Positions 37,957 through 48,021 of a stretch of DNA of 64,000 bases are shown in pieces (within the stretch, counting starts at the first letter, position 1; each line of letters begins with the position of its first letter). Made by a program: the position numbers and the translations under genes. Origin of the DNA: Acidimicrobiales bacterium (GTDB lineage Bacteria; Actinomycetota; Acidimicrobiia; Acidimicrobiales; Bog-793); NCBI GenBank assembly GCA_050010115.1, contig JBEKLQ010000010.1, positions 60 through 64,059 of the forward strand. The letters are read 5' to 3'. Below the pieces are notes generated by a model. It was not told where the DNA came from. It did no database searches and saw nothing but the letters and a program-made list of their open reading frames with translations.

Positions 37957-39539
37957 CTGCGCCCCTCACGGGCGAGCATCTCGTCGCCCGCCACAGGGCC
38001 CCACTCGCCGGCCCGGTAGTGCTCGGGCGGCTTCGTCGCCCAGAACTCCTCGAGCGGGTCGACAACCCGCCAGGACGCCTCGACCTCGTTGTGGTCCGGG
38101 AACAACGTGGTGTCGCCGAGCAACACGTCGAGCAGCAGGCGCTCGTAGGCCTCGGGGCTCGACTCGGTGAACGCCGACCCGTAGAGAAAGTCCATCGACA
38201 CCTCGCGGACCTCCATGGCCGACCCGGGCACTTTCGACCCGAAACGCAACGTGATCCCCTCATCGGGCTGCACCCGCACCACGAGCTGGTTGTTGCCCAG
38301 CTCGACGGTGTCGGTCTTCGCGAACGGAAGGTGAGGCGCACGCTTGAACACCACGGCGATCTCGGTCACCCGGCGCGGAAGCCGCTTGCCGGTGCGCAAG
38401 TAGAACGGCACGCCGGCCCAGCGACGCGTCTCGACCCCGAGCCGGACGGCAGCGTAGGTCTCGGTGGTCGAGCCCGGCGGGATGTCCTTCTCGTCAAGGT
38501 AACCACGCGCCCGCTGTCCGGCCAGCCAGCCCCGCTCGTACTGGCCGCGGACGGTGCACGCATCGAGGTCGTCGGGGATCGAGATGGCACCCAGCACTTT
38601 GCGCTTCTCGATGCGGAGCGCCTCGGAGTCGAAGCTGACGGGCTCTTCCATAGCGGTCAGCGCCAGCAGTTGCAGCAGGTGGTTCTGGAGGACGTCACGC
38701 GCCGCGCCGGCTGTGTCATAGAAACCCGCCCTCCCCTCGATCCCCACATCCTCCGCCATCGTGATCTGGATGCTGTCGACGTAGTTGGAGTTCCAGACCG
38801 GCTCGAAAAGCGTGTTGGCGAAGCGGAGGGCGAGCAGGTTCTGGACTGTCTCCTTGCCGAGGTAGTGGTCGATCCGGAACACCTCGTCCGGTTGGAAGAC
38901 CGTGTCCACGAGATGGTTCAGGTCGCGGGAGGAGGGAAGGTCGTGGCCGAAGGGTTTCTCGACCACGACGCGGCGCCATCCGGCCGTCGTCGAGCTGTCC
39001 GCCATCTTCGTCCGGTCGAGCTGGTTCAGCACCGTGGGGAACGCCGGCGGGGGGATGGACAGGTAGAAGGCGACGTTGCCGGCGATCCCGTGCGTCCCCT
39101 CCAAGTCGACGAGGGTCTGGTTCAGCTCGTCGAAGGCGGCATCGTCGTCGAACGAGCCCGGGACGAAGCGCACGGACTCGGCGATGCGGCTCCAGACGTC
39201 ATCGCGGAACTCGGTGCGGGCGTGCTCGAGGGCGGAGGCTCGAGCGAGCTGCTCGAAGTCGCCGTGGCCCCAGTCCCGCCGGGCGAACCCCAGCAGCACG
39301 AACCCCGGCGGCAGCAGTCCGCGGTTGCCGAGGTCATAGACGGCCGGGATGAGTTTCTTGCGAGCGAGGTCGCCGGTGACACCGAAGACCACGAGGGCGC
39401 TCGGGTCAGGGACTCGGGGGAGGCGGCGGTCTCGCGCGTCCCGGAGCGGGTTCGGCACGGACCGGTCGTCCCGGTCGTCGTCCAGGTAGCGCAGCGCCGC
39501 CTGCGAGGTCGTTGCCTCCGGTTCCGTGCCGGGCGTCAC
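37941..39539 (-). CDS. zwf: glucose-6-phosphate dehydrogenase
   Basis: LVVFGVTGDLARKKLIPA (NADP site), the RIDHYLGKE signature, ..EKPFG... The start is uncertain. The listed ATG 39686 lies inside a 20-bp-arm hairpin, so in-frame GTG 39539 was chosen. Confidence 0.8.
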   Translation of the reverse strand: MTPGTEPEATTSQAALRYLDDDRDDRSVPNPLRDARDRRLPRVPDPSALVVFGVTGDLARKKLIPAVYDLGNRGLLPPGFVLLGFARRDWGHGDFEQLARASALEHARTEFRDDVWSRIAESVRFVPGSFDDDAAFDELNQTLVDLEGTHGIAGNVAFYLSIPPPAFPTVLNQLDRTKMADSSTTAGWRRVVVEKPFGHDLPSSRDLNHLVDTVFQPDEVFRIDHYLGKETVQNLLALRFANTLFEPVWNSNYVDSIQITMAEDVGIEGRAGFYDTAGAARDVLQNHLLQLLALTAMEEPVSFDSEALRIEKRKVLGAISIPDDLDACTVRGQYERGWLAGQRARGYLDEKDIPPGSTTETYAAVRLGVETRRWAGVPFYLRTGKRLPRRVTEIAVVFKRAPHLPFAKTDTVELGNNQLVVRVQPDEGITLRFGSKVPGSAMEVREVSMDFLYGSAFTESSPEAYERLLLDVLLGDTTLFPDHNEVEASWRVVDPLEEFWATKPPEHYRAGEWGPVAGDEMLAREGRRWRRP

Positions 39540-39652
39540 TGCGGTCTCAGTCTGCTCATTACCGTCCGGCACCCGCGTGAATCTAGTGCGCGCTCCTTCC
39601 GCTGCCTCCTGCGGGGGCGGTGCGGGCGCTTTGTGACTGCCACCGGCCAAGT

Positions 39653-39699
39653 CGCTGTGCGCGGTTTGTACCCACAGTCGGTACAAAGCGCGTACAGCG
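39653..39699. terminator. long imperfect hairpin (20-bp arms, 2 mismatches, 7-nt loop) between clpB and zwf
   Basis: cgctgtgcgcggtttgtacc (39653-39672) pairs with ggtacaaagcgcgtacagcg (39680-39699). It lies 58 nt downstream of the clpB stop. No U-tract. Confidence 0.45.
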
Positions 39700-39756
39700 T
39701 CACAGCGAAACCCGCCCGACGACGGCGGCCGGGGCCGGCGCCGTCACTTGCGCCCG

Positions 39757-42246
39757 TCACTTGAGAACGAGCGTGTCGCCTTCGACGTCGACGTGCACGG
39801 TGTCGCCTTCGGTGAAGCGGCTTTCGAGGAGGGCGACGGCCAGCGGATCGCCCACGGACCGCTGAATCACGCGACGCAGGGGCCGTGCACCGAAGGCCGG
39901 GTCATAGCCGTGGTCGCCCAACCAGACCTTGGCGGGGTCGGAGACCTCGAGCGCCAGCCGGCGTTCCTCGAGCCGGCGGGCGAGAGTGCGCAGCTGGATG
40001 TCGACGATCTTCGTGAGGTCATCCCGGCTGAGCGATCGGAACCGCACGATCTCGTCGATCCGGTTCACGAACTCCGGCTTGAACACCGAGATCGGTTCGC
40101 CCGGCATGTTGGACGTCATGATCAGCACGGTGTTGGAGAAGTTGACCGTTCGGCCGTGACCGTCGGTCAGCCGCCCGTCGTCCAGCACCTGGAGCAGTAT
40201 GTTGAACACATCCGGGTGGGCCTTCTCGATCTCGTCGAGCAGGACAACGGCATACGGCCGCCGGCGGACCGCCTCGGTCAGCTGGCCGCCTTCCTCGTAG
40301 CCGACGTAGCCCGGGGGCGCTCCGACCAACCGGGACACGTTGTGGCGTTCTTGATACTCGCCCATGTCGATGCGGGTCATGGCCCGCTCGTCGTCGAAGA
40401 GGACCTCGGCCAGCGCCCGGGCGAGCTCCGTCTTGCCCACGCCGGTCGGGCCGAGGAAGAGGAACGAGCCGATGGGGCGGTTCGGATCACTCAAGCCAGC
40501 CCGACTCCGGCGGATCGAGTTGGCGACGGCGATGACTGCTTCGTCCTGACCGACCACGCGAGCGTGCAGTAGGTCCTCCAGGTGCACGAGCTTGGCGATC
40601 TCACCTTCGACCAGACGCGAGACCGGGACTCCGGTCCATCGGCTCACCACCTCTGCGATGTCCTCCGGGTCGACTTCCTCTTTCAGCATCTTCTGGCTGG
40701 CTTGCAGCTCGGCGAGCTTGGTCGTCGCCGCCCCGATCTTCCGCTCGAGCTCGGGCACCTTGCCGTAGCGGATCTCAGCTGAGCGGGCGAGGTCGCCCGC
40801 GCGCTCGAAGCGGTCCGCCTCGCCTCTGGCAGCTTCCACCTCGCTCTTGAGCGACCGGATGGCGCCGATGGCCTCTTTCTCGGCCTGCCAGTGCGCCGTC
40901 ATCGCCGTCTGCTGCTCACGGAGGTCGGCGAGCTCAGCCTGCAGGCGCGCCAAGCGCTCCCGCGAGGCGGGGTCCTCCTCCTTCGACAGGGCGACCTCCT
41001 CGATCTCGAGCTGGCGGCTCCGCCGGAGCACTACATCGAGCTCGGTGGGCATCGAGTCGATCTCGATACGCAGCCGGCTGGCCGACTCGTCCATGAGGTC
41101 GATCGCTTTGTCCGGCAGGAAGCGCCCTGTGACGTAACGATCTGACAGCACGGCGGCGGCGACGAGGGCGGAGTCCTGGATCCGGACTCCGTGGTGGACC
41201 TCGTAACGCTCCTTCAGGCCGCGGAGGATCGCGATCGTGTCCGCCACCGACGGCGGCTCGACGAGCACGGGTTGGAAACGGCGCTCGAGAGCGGCGTCCT
41301 TCTCGACGTGCTTGCGGTACTCGTCCAGCGTGGTGGCGCCGATCAGCCGGAGCTCGCCTCGGGCAAGCATCGGCTTGATCATGTTGCCGGCATCCATCGC
41401 CCCTTCGGCGGCACCGGCACCGACGATCGTGTGCAGCTCGTCGACGAACGTGATCACGTCGCCTTCGGTGTCGGCGATCTCCTTCAGGACGGCCTTCAAC
41501 CGCTCCTCGAACTCTCCCCGGTACTTCGCACCGGCGACCATGGATCCGAGGTCGAGCGCCACGACGCGCTTGTTCTTCAGGCCCTCGGGGACGTCTCCCT
41601 CCACGATGCGCTGCGCGAGGCCCTCGACGATCGCCGTCTTGCCTACGCCGGGCTCGCCGATGAGGACCGGGTTGTTCTTCGTGCGGCGTGAGAGCACTTG
41701 GATGACGCGCCGGATCTCCTCGTCCCGGCCGATCACAGGGTCGAGCTTGCGCCGGCGGGCCAGGTCGGTCAGGTCCTGGGAGTAGCGCTCGAGCGCGCGG
41801 TACTGCTCCTCGGGCTCTTGCGAGGTGACGCGGTGGCTGCCGCGGATCTCGCGCAGAGCTGACAACAGCGCGTCGCGGGTGACACCGAGATGGTCGGCGA
41901 GCGCGAGGAGGAGATGCTCGACCGACAGGTAGTCATCGCCCATCTCCTTCTGGGCGGCTTCACCCTGATCGAACGCTTCCATCAACTCCCGGGAGAAACT
42001 CGGCTCCCCGCCCCCGTACGCCTTCGGCATCTTGCCGAGCTGCTCGTCGAGACGGTTGCGAACGTTGAGCGGCGACGCTCCGACGCGGTCGAGCAGCGGA
42101 ATCGCCACCCCGCCGTCCTGGCCGAGGGCGGCATACAGCAGATGCTCCGGCTGGACCTCGGAGTGGTGATACTGCCGCGCCAGTGCGATGGCGTCGCGGG
42201 TGGCTTCTTGGGTCTTCTTGGTCCAATGGTTCGGGTCGAACGGCAT
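39757..42246 (-). CDS. clpB: ATP-dependent chaperone ClpB
   Basis: 829 aa. Two AAA modules ([15 protein letters not shown] and [15 protein letters not shown]), a long coiled-coil middle domain and a Clp N-domain. Confidence 0.9.
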   Translation of the reverse strand: MPFDPNHWTKKTQEATRDAIALARQYHHSEVQPEHLLYAALGQDGGVAIPLLDRVGASPLNVRNRLDEQLGKMPKAYGGGEPSFSRELMEAFDQGEAAQKEMGDDYLSVEHLLLALADHLGVTRDALLSALREIRGSHRVTSQEPEEQYRALERYSQDLTDLARRRKLDPVIGRDEEIRRVIQVLSRRTKNNPVLIGEPGVGKTAIVEGLAQRIVEGDVPEGLKNKRVVALDLGSMVAGAKYRGEFEERLKAVLKEIADTEGDVITFVDELHTIVGAGAAEGAMDAGNMIKPMLARGELRLIGATTLDEYRKHVEKDAALERRFQPVLVEPPSVADTIAILRGLKERYEVHHGVRIQDSALVAAAVLSDRYVTGRFLPDKAIDLMDESASRLRIEIDSMPTELDVVLRRSRQLEIEEVALSKEEDPASRERLARLQAELADLREQQTAMTAHWQAEKEAIGAIRSLKSEVEAARGEADRFERAGDLARSAEIRYGKVPELERKIGAATTKLAELQASQKMLKEEVDPEDIAEVVSRWTGVPVSRLVEGEIAKLVHLEDLLHARVVGQDEAVIAVANSIRRSRAGLSDPNRPIGSFLFLGPTGVGKTELARALAEVLFDDERAMTRIDMGEYQERHNVSRLVGAPPGYVGYEEGGQLTEAVRRRPYAVVLLDEIEKAHPDVFNILLQVLDDGRLTDGHGRTVNFSNTVLIMTSNMPGEPISVFKPEFVNRIDEIVRFRSLSRDDLTKIVDIQLRTLARRLEERRLALEVSDPAKVWLGDHGYDPAFGARPLRRVIQRSVGDPLAVALLESRFTEGDTVHVDVEGDTLVLK

Positions 42247-42292
42247 TGATGTGCGTCCTTCAGGGGTTACGTCGGGTAGTCATCGATCGGGG

Positions 42293-42661
42293 TCAGCCGC
42301 GCCATTTGGCGGGCAGCCTGCTCTTGCTCACGGGTACGAGATCGCGCCGGTACTGGCGGTGCGTCTCGTCGACTGCCTTGCGGGCTTCGGCTTGTGCGTG
42401 CTGGAGCGCCCGGTTCAACCGGTCAATCTCCTGCTCCAGGACGAGAATGCGCCGCACGCCTTCCAGGTTGATGCCGACGGCCGTCAGCTGCTGGATTCGG
42501 CGCAGCTGTGCGATGTCCGCGTCGCTGTAGCGGCGGTTGCCTCCGCCGGTCCGTGCCGGGTCCAGGAGGCCTTTGCGCTCGTAGATGCGCAGCGTCTGTG
42601 GGTGGACGCCAGCGATCTCGGCGGCGACGGAGATGACGTAGACGGCTCTGGTGTCGGTCAT
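42293..42661 (-). CDS. hspR: MerR-family heat-shock repressor HspR
   Basis: YVISVAAEIAGVHPQTLRIYERKGLLDPARTGGGNRRYS. Position directly after dnaJ, with start overlapping the dnaJ stop. Confidence 0.8.
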   Translation of the reverse strand: MTDTRAVYVISVAAEIAGVHPQTLRIYERKGLLDPARTGGGNRRYSDADIAQLRRIQQLTAVGINLEGVRRILVLEQEIDRLNRALQHAQAEARKAVDETHRQYRRDLVPVSKSRLPAKWRG

Positions 42662-43782
42662 CGATCGACTCCGAGTTGGTCGCGCGGTGACGGCGTCACG
42701 TTCGCCAGCGCTTCGATCGCGTGGCGCTGCTCGTCGGTCAACGACGCCGGGACCGAGATGTCGACGGTGACGAGCAGGTCGCCGGTCGACGAACCGGACT
42801 TCACGCCGCGGCCCTTCACGCGGAACGTCTTGCCCGAGGTAGTACCGGCCGGGATCCTCAGTGTCACGGGATCGGTGAGCGAAGGCACGGTGATGTCAGC
42901 CCCGAGGGTCGCTTCAGCGAAGGTGACCGGCGCCCGGAGCGTCAGGTTCTTCCCCTTGCGACCGAACAGCTTGTGCGCGCCGACGTGCACGATGACGAAC
43001 AGATCACCCGAAGGGCCGCCGTTGTCGCCTGCCTCGCCGCGGCCTTTCACGCGGATGCGTTGGCCGTCGTCGACGCCGGCGGGGATGCGCACTTTCACGA
43101 CTCGCTGGCGTCGCTCGGCACCGACGCCGCCACAAGTCGGGCACGGATCGACCACCTTCAAGCCGCGGCCCCGGCACTCTGGGCACGGCGACGCCAGGGA
43201 GAACATCCCCTGGTTGTCGTTGAGCGTCCCCGTCCCGTTGCACCTGGGGCACGGGATCGGGATGCTGCCGGGCTTCGAGCCTGAGCCGGCACACGTCGAG
43301 CACACCGCCCCGGTCACGACGTTCACCGACGTGACGACGCCCTCGATCGCCTCGTGGAACGACAGGTGCAGCTCGGCTTCGACGTCCTGGCCGCGGCGAG
43401 GGCTCGTCCAGGTCGTGTTGCGCTGCTGGTTGCGTTGCCGTCCCCCGCCGAACAGGTTGCCGAAGAGGTCACCGAGGTCGTCGATGTGGAAGTTGAACGA
43501 CCCGGGGCTGCCGTCGCTGCCGCGGCCGAAGTTTCCGAGCCCACCGGCCAGCGGGCCGAGGCGTCGGACTTCGTCGTACTCCTTGCGTTTCTCGGCGTCT
43601 CCGAGGACGTCGTAGGCGGCGGCGACCGCCTTGAACTTGTCCTCCGCCCCCGGGTTGGCGTCCGGGTGGTACTGCTTGGCCAGCTTGCGGTAAGCGCGGG
43701 TGATCTCCTTCTCGGTTGCCTCAGAACCGACGCCGAGCACCTTGTAGTAATCGGTATCAAACCACTCGCGTTGTGGCGCCAT
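42658..43782 (-). CDS. dnaJ: co-chaperone DnaJ
   Basis: J-domain DYYKVLGV...YRKLAKQYHPDAN, G/F region, four CxxCxGxG zinc motifs. Confidence 0.9.
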   Translation of the reverse strand: MAPQREWFDTDYYKVLGVGSEATEKEITRAYRKLAKQYHPDANPGAEDKFKAVAAAYDVLGDAEKRKEYDEVRRLGPLAGGLGNFGRGSDGSPGSFNFHIDDLGDLFGNLFGGGRQRNQQRNTTWTSPRRGQDVEAELHLSFHEAIEGVVTSVNVVTGAVCSTCAGSGSKPGSIPIPCPRCNGTGTLNDNQGMFSLASPCPECRGRGLKVVDPCPTCGGVGAERRQRVVKVRIPAGVDDGQRIRVKGRGEAGDNGGPSGDLFVIVHVGAHKLFGRKGKNLTLRAPVTFAEATLGADITVPSLTDPVTLRIPAGTTSGKTFRVKGRGVKSGSSTGDLLVTVDISVPASLTDEQRHAIEALANVTPSPRDQLGVDR

Positions 43783-43849
43783 CAGGTCGCCTCTGGCCTC
43801 TCAGGTCCTCTGATGGGTCGAGCCCACCGATCGCGCCAGGCCCGGCTGC

Positions 43850-44695
43850 TCAACCGCGCACCCGGACCATGGCCGGTCGGATTACCCGATCCCTCATCCG
43901 GTAACCAGGCCGCCAGACCTCCGTCACGGCCGGGCCTGCCGGCCCGCCGGCTTCGTTGTCGTCGGCCTCACTCTCGTCGATCGCAGTGGCGTCGTGGATG
44001 GTCGGATCGAACGGGACGCCGACGGAGTCGATGCGCTCCAACCCCTCGCGAGCGAGCGTGTCCCGCAACAACGTGTGGATCTGAACAAGGGAGCTCGCTG
44101 CTTCGCCGGCGCTGTCATCGGGGCGGAGGTGAGCCATAGCGAGGTCGAGCGCGTCGAGGACCGGCAGGAGCCGTAACAGGAGCGCCTGGTTCGCCCGCTC
44201 ACGCGACTCGGCCAACTGCCGTTCCAAGCGCTTGCGATGGTTGTCGAAGTCAGCCTGGAGCCGCTGCAGGGCGTCGAGGTACTCGTCTCTCTCGGCACTG
44301 ATCCGGGCGAAGTCGTCCGACAGCAACGCTTCGAGGCCCACCAGGTCCCTGCTCAGATCGAGCCGGAACGGGTCATCGTAGGCCATGCCGCTCGCGGTCC
44401 CGTCTGTCGGCTCACCAACCTCGGCTTCACCGGCGCCAGCCTCGGCGCCTGCAGCTCCGCCGGCGCCAGCCTCGGCGCCTGCAGCTCCGCCGGCGCCAGC
44501 CTCGGCGCCTGCAGTTTCGGCCGCGCCCGCCCGGTAGCCCTCAGCCCCGCCAGCCGCAGCCTGCTCAGTCTCAGTCTCAATCTCATCGGCCTCGGTCCGA
44601 GCAGGCCCGGCGGCGGTAGGGGCGATGCCGGAGTTGCCGTCCTCGATCCCAGGGCCGGGCGGAGTGACTTGGGAGTCGTCAAATGCACTGCTCAT
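43850..44695 (-). CDS. grpE: nucleotide exchange factor GrpE with repeat-expanded N-terminus
   Basis: Core [15 protein letters not shown]... and C-terminal beta domain ...[16 protein letters not shown]. The N-terminus carries [10 protein letters not shown] x3. Confidence 0.85.
   Translation of the reverse strand: MSSAFDDSQVTPPGPGIEDGNSGIAPTAAGPARTEADEIETETEQAAAGGAEGYRAGAAETAGAEAGAGGAAGAEAGAGGAAGAEAGAGEAEVGEPTDGTASGMAYDDPFRLDLSRDLVGLEALLSDDFARISAERDEYLDALQRLQADFDNHRKRLERQLAESRERANQALLLRLLPVLDALDLAMAHLRPDDSAGEAASSLVQIHTLLRDTLAREGLERIDSVGVPFDPTIHDATAIDESEADDNEAGGPAGPAVTEVWRPGYRMRDRVIRPAMVRVRG
44431..44517. repeat. 30-bp in-frame tandem repeat (2 identical copies plus a partial third) in the grpE N-terminal region
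   Basis: cggcgccagcctcggcgcctgcagctccgc at 44431-44460 and 44461-44490. The third copy is identical for its first 24 nt. Confidence 0.9.
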
Positions 44696-46560
44696 GCGCC
44701 CTCCGTGCCGCTGCCGGCGTCGTCGATGATCTCGGCATCGACGACCTCGTCGTCGGAAGCTCCACCGGAGTGGTCACCCGAGGAGCTGCCACTGGCGCCA
44801 CTGCCGGCTGTCGAGCCGGACGAGCTTGCCTGCTCGTACATCTTCTGGCCCATCTCCTGCGAGGCCCGCTTCAAGGTATCGAGGGCGTTCGTGATCTTCT
44901 CCACGTCGGTTCCCTCGAGCGCTTCCTTCACGGCCTTCAACGCGTCCTCGACCGGGCGCTTGTCGTCGGCCCCGATCTTGTCCCCCTGCTCGCGGAGGAT
45001 CTTCTCGGTCTGGTAGACGGTCGTGTCAGCGTCGTTGCGGGCCTCGGCCTCGGCGCGCCTGCGCTTGTCGTCGGCCGCGTGCTCCTCAGCGTCGCGGACC
45101 ATCCGGGCGATGTCGTCCTTCGGGAGCGACGACTGACCGGTGATGGTCATCGACTGCTCCTTGCTCGTCGCGAGGTCCTTGGCCGAGACGTGCACGATGC
45201 CGTTGGCGTCGATGTCGAACGCCACCTCGATCTGCGGCTTGCCTCTCGGGGCCGGAGGAAGGTCGACGAGCTGGAACTTGCCGAGCGTCTTGTTGTACAT
45301 GGCCATGTCCCGCTCGCCCTGCAGCACGTGGATCTCCACCGATGGTTGGCCGTCCTCGGCGGTGGTGAAGATCTCCGAGCGCCGCGTGGGGATCGTCGTG
45401 TTGCGCTCGATCAGCCGGTGCGTGATGCCACCCTTGGTCTCGATCCCGAGGCTGAGCGGGGTCACGTCGAGCAGCAGGACATCTTTCACCTCGCCCTTGA
45501 GTACGCCGGCCTGGATGGCCGCGCCGACGGCGACGACCTCGTCCGGGTTCACGCCCTTGTGGGGCTCCTTGCCCGTCAGACTCAGCACGAGCTCCTGCAC
45601 TGCAGGCATCCGGGTGGCGCCACCGACAAGGATCACGTGGTCAAGATCGGCCTTCGTGAGACCGGCGTCGGCGATGGCGGAGTCGAACGGCCCGCGGCAC
45701 GCTTCGACCAGGTCGTCGGTCAGCTCTTGGAACTTGGCCCTCGTCAGCTTCAGGTCGAGGTGCTTCGGGCCTTCGTTCGTGGCAGTGATGAACGGCAGGT
45801 TGATCGTCGTCTCCTGGACCGTCGAGAGCTCGATCTTGGCCTTCTCGGCGGCCTCCCTCAGGCGCTGCAGGGCCATCCGGTCGTTCGACAGGTCGACGCC
45901 CTCGGTGTCCTTGAACGTCTTCACGAGCCAGTCGATGACGCGCTGGTCCCAGTCGTCACCTCCGAGGTGGGTGTTGCCGGCGGTGGCCTTCACTTCGAAC
46001 ACGCCCTCACCGATCTCGAGAATCGAGACGTCGAATGTGCCACCACCGAGGTCGAACACGAGGACGGTCTGGTCGGCGCCTTCCTTGTCGAGCCCGTACG
46101 CGAGGGCGGCGGCGGTGGGCTCGTTGATGATCCGCAGCACATCGAGGCCGGCGATCTGGCCGGCTTCCTTCGTGGCGGTGCGCTGGGCGTCGTCGAAGTA
46201 CGCCGGCACGGTGATCACGGCCTGGGCCACGGTGTCGCCGAGGAAACCCTCCGCGTCCCTCTTCAACTTCTGCAGGATCCGGGCCGAGATCTCCTGGGGG
46301 GTGTACCCCTTCCCATCGATGTCGATCGTCCAGCTCGTCCCCATCTGACGCTTCACGGACCGGACCGTCCGATCAGGGTTCGTGATCGCCTGGCGCTTGG
46401 CGACCTCGCCCACGAGTACCTCGCCAGACTTCGCGAAGGCGACGACCGAAGGCGTCGTCCGCCCGCCTTCCGCGTTCGGGATCACGGTCGGTTCCCCAGC
46501 TTCCAGGAACGCGACCACCGAGTTCGTGGTCCCAAGGTCGATCCCTACGGCCTTTGGCAT
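44692..46560 (-). CDS. dnaK: chaperone DnaK (Hsp70)
   Basis: [33 protein letters not shown]. 622 aa. GGAGG SD upstream. Confidence 0.95.
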   Translation of the reverse strand: MPKAVGIDLGTTNSVVAFLEAGEPTVIPNAEGGRTTPSVVAFAKSGEVLVGEVAKRQAITNPDRTVRSVKRQMGTSWTIDIDGKGYTPQEISARILQKLKRDAEGFLGDTVAQAVITVPAYFDDAQRTATKEAGQIAGLDVLRIINEPTAAALAYGLDKEGADQTVLVFDLGGGTFDVSILEIGEGVFEVKATAGNTHLGGDDWDQRVIDWLVKTFKDTEGVDLSNDRMALQRLREAAEKAKIELSTVQETTINLPFITATNEGPKHLDLKLTRAKFQELTDDLVEACRGPFDSAIADAGLTKADLDHVILVGGATRMPAVQELVLSLTGKEPHKGVNPDEVVAVGAAIQAGVLKGEVKDVLLLDVTPLSLGIETKGGITHRLIERNTTIPTRRSEIFTTAEDGQPSVEIHVLQGERDMAMYNKTLGKFQLVDLPPAPRGKPQIEVAFDIDANGIVHVSAKDLATSKEQSMTITGQSSLPKDDIARMVRDAEEHAADDKRRRAEAEARNDADTTVYQTEKILREQGDKIGADDKRPVEDALKAVKEALEGTDVEKITNALDTLKRASQEMGQKMYEQASSSGSTAGSGASGSSSGDHSGGASDDEVVDAEIIDDAGSGTEGA

Positions 46561-46633
46561 CTCAAGTCCTCCATCTCTTCGAAACTTGGCTCACGCGGTC
46601 CTTCCGCCCAGCCACGCACTCTCGACAGTGAAG

Positions 46634-46665
46634 AGTGTAACAAAGTTGAGTCGTTCATTGTCAAG
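46634..46665 (-). promoter_or_regulatory. dnaK promoter candidate overlapped by a HAIR-like (HspR-associated inverted repeat) operator
   Basis: Sense strand: CTTGACA-atgaacg-ACTCAAC (46665 to 46645), versus the published HAIR consensus CTTGAGT-N7-ACTCAAG (exact N7 spacing, 11/14 matches). TTGACA doubles as the -35, and TACACT/TTACAC lies 18-19 nt downstream. Local AT-rich patch. Confidence 0.45.
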
Positions 46666-46683
46666 ATTAGATTCTTTAGTTCT

Positions 46684-47205
46684 TCAGAGACGGTTCAGCC
46701 GGTCCAACCCCCGGTAGGCGGCACCCGTGTCGGTGAGAAGCCCGCTGCGGACGTGCTGGCGGAACTGGTCCATCCCCATGAGGAGCACCTCGAGCCACTC
46801 GTGCTCCCCCGGAGTCGGCTCCGCCACCTTCCGGCAGCCCGTGGCGACGGCCAACCATTGCCGGCGGACCTCCGAGGAGCTGCGCCAGCACGATCCGAAG
46901 ACCGTGAGGTCGCCTTGGTAGCCCGTCTCCTCGAGGAGCTCTCGGGCGGCGGCGTCGGTGGGGGACTCGCCCGGGTCGACGAGACCGCCCGGAAGCTCGC
47001 ACAGGACGCTTCCCGGGCCGGGGCGGTACTGGCGGACGAGGATCACCTCGTCGCCGGCCGTCACGGCGACGATCGCCACGATGTCCGGACCTTCGATCAG
47101 ATCCCAGTCGGCCTCGCTGCCGTCGGACATGCGGTAGGTGGCGGTCGTGACCTGGACCCATCCCGACGGCCCGGCACGGCTGCGCAACAGCTCCCACTCG
47201 AGCAC
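46684..47205 (-). CDS. NUDIX hydrolase
   Basis: Nudix box GGLVDPGESPTDAAARELLEETGY (GX5EX7REUXEEXGU). Confidence 0.75.
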   Translation of the reverse strand: MLEWELLRSRAGPSGWVQVTTATYRMSDGSEADWDLIEGPDIVAIVAVTAGDEVILVRQYRPGPGSVLCELPGGLVDPGESPTDAAARELLEETGYQGDLTVFGSCWRSSSEVRRQWLAVATGCRKVAEPTPGEHEWLEVLLMGMDQFRQHVRSGLLTDTGAAYRGLDRLNRL

Positions 47206-47274
47206 CCGTGCACGCTACCGGGCTACCGGTTGCTCGTCACCGGCGCCGGTGGGCGCCAACTAGCCTCGCCTGTT

Positions 47275-48021
47275 GTGCCGACGCTCGTCATCCTCCGTCA
47301 CGGACAGAGCACCTGGAACGCCGAGAACCGTTTCACCGGGTGGACCGACGTCGACCTGACCGCCAGCGGGGAGGAAGAGGCCAGGGTGGCAGGCCGGCTG
47401 ATGGCCGCCGAACCGGGGATCGAGTTCGACTCGGTGCACACCTCGGTGCTCACCCGAGCCGTCAGGACCGCCAACCTGGCGCTCGACGAGATGGGCCGCA
47501 GCTACCTCCCGGTCCGGCGGCACTGGCGGCTGAACGAGCGTCACTACGGCGCGCTGCAGGGGTTCAACAAGCGCGAGACCGCCGATGAGTACGGAGCCGA
47601 CCAGGTGAAGATCTGGCGGAGGAGCTACGACTCCCCGCCAGAGCCCGTCGGTCTCGAGGATGCGAGACACCCGGTCAACGACCCGAGGTACCGTGACGTG
47701 CCCCAATCCGTACTGCCGGCGACCGAATGCCTCGCCGACGTGGTCCGCCGGCTCATGCCCTACTGGGAGGACGTCATCGCACCCGAGCTCATTGCCGACC
47801 GGACGGTCCTCGTCGTCGCGCACGGCAACAGCCTCCGGGCCCTCGTAAAGGAACTCGAGAGCATCTCGGACGCCGACATCGTCGGTCTCGACATCCCGAC
47901 CGGGTTTCCCAGGGTGTACGACCTCGACGCACGGCTCGGGGTCATGGGCGCCCGCTACCTCGGCGACCCCGAGGCGGCGAAGCAGGCCGCCGAGGCAGTC
48001 GCGCTGCAGGCTGACCGATGA
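47275..48021 (+). CDS. gpmA: 2,3-bisphosphoglycerate-dependent phosphoglycerate mutase
   Basis: These are the last 248 codons of the spurious 1112-aa ORF. GTG 47275 gives (M)PTLVILRHGQSTWNAENRFTGWTDVDL (RHGxxxWN catalytic His), later ..LNERHYGALQG.. and VVAHGNSLRAL. Confidence 0.85.
   Translation: MPTLVILRHGQSTWNAENRFTGWTDVDLTASGEEEARVAGRLMAAEPGIEFDSVHTSVLTRAVRTANLALDEMGRSYLPVRRHWRLNERHYGALQGFNKRETADEYGADQVKIWRRSYDSPPEPVGLEDARHPVNDPRYRDVPQSVLPATECLADVVRRLMPYWEDVIAPELIADRTVLVVAHGNSLRALVKELESISDADIVGLDIPTGFPRVYDLDARLGVMGARYLGDPEAAKQAAEAVALQADR

Noticed and set aside
44683-48021. A 1112-aa plus-strand ORF, the longest in the window.
   Set aside because: It runs antisense through all of dnaK, the dnaK promoter and the nudix gene, and has no protein-like motifs until its last 248 codons, which are gpmA (RHGQSTWN...). 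Long stop-free antisense frames are expected at this GC content, and antisense ORFs opposite hsp70/dnaK are a known curiosity. Only 47275-48021 was kept.
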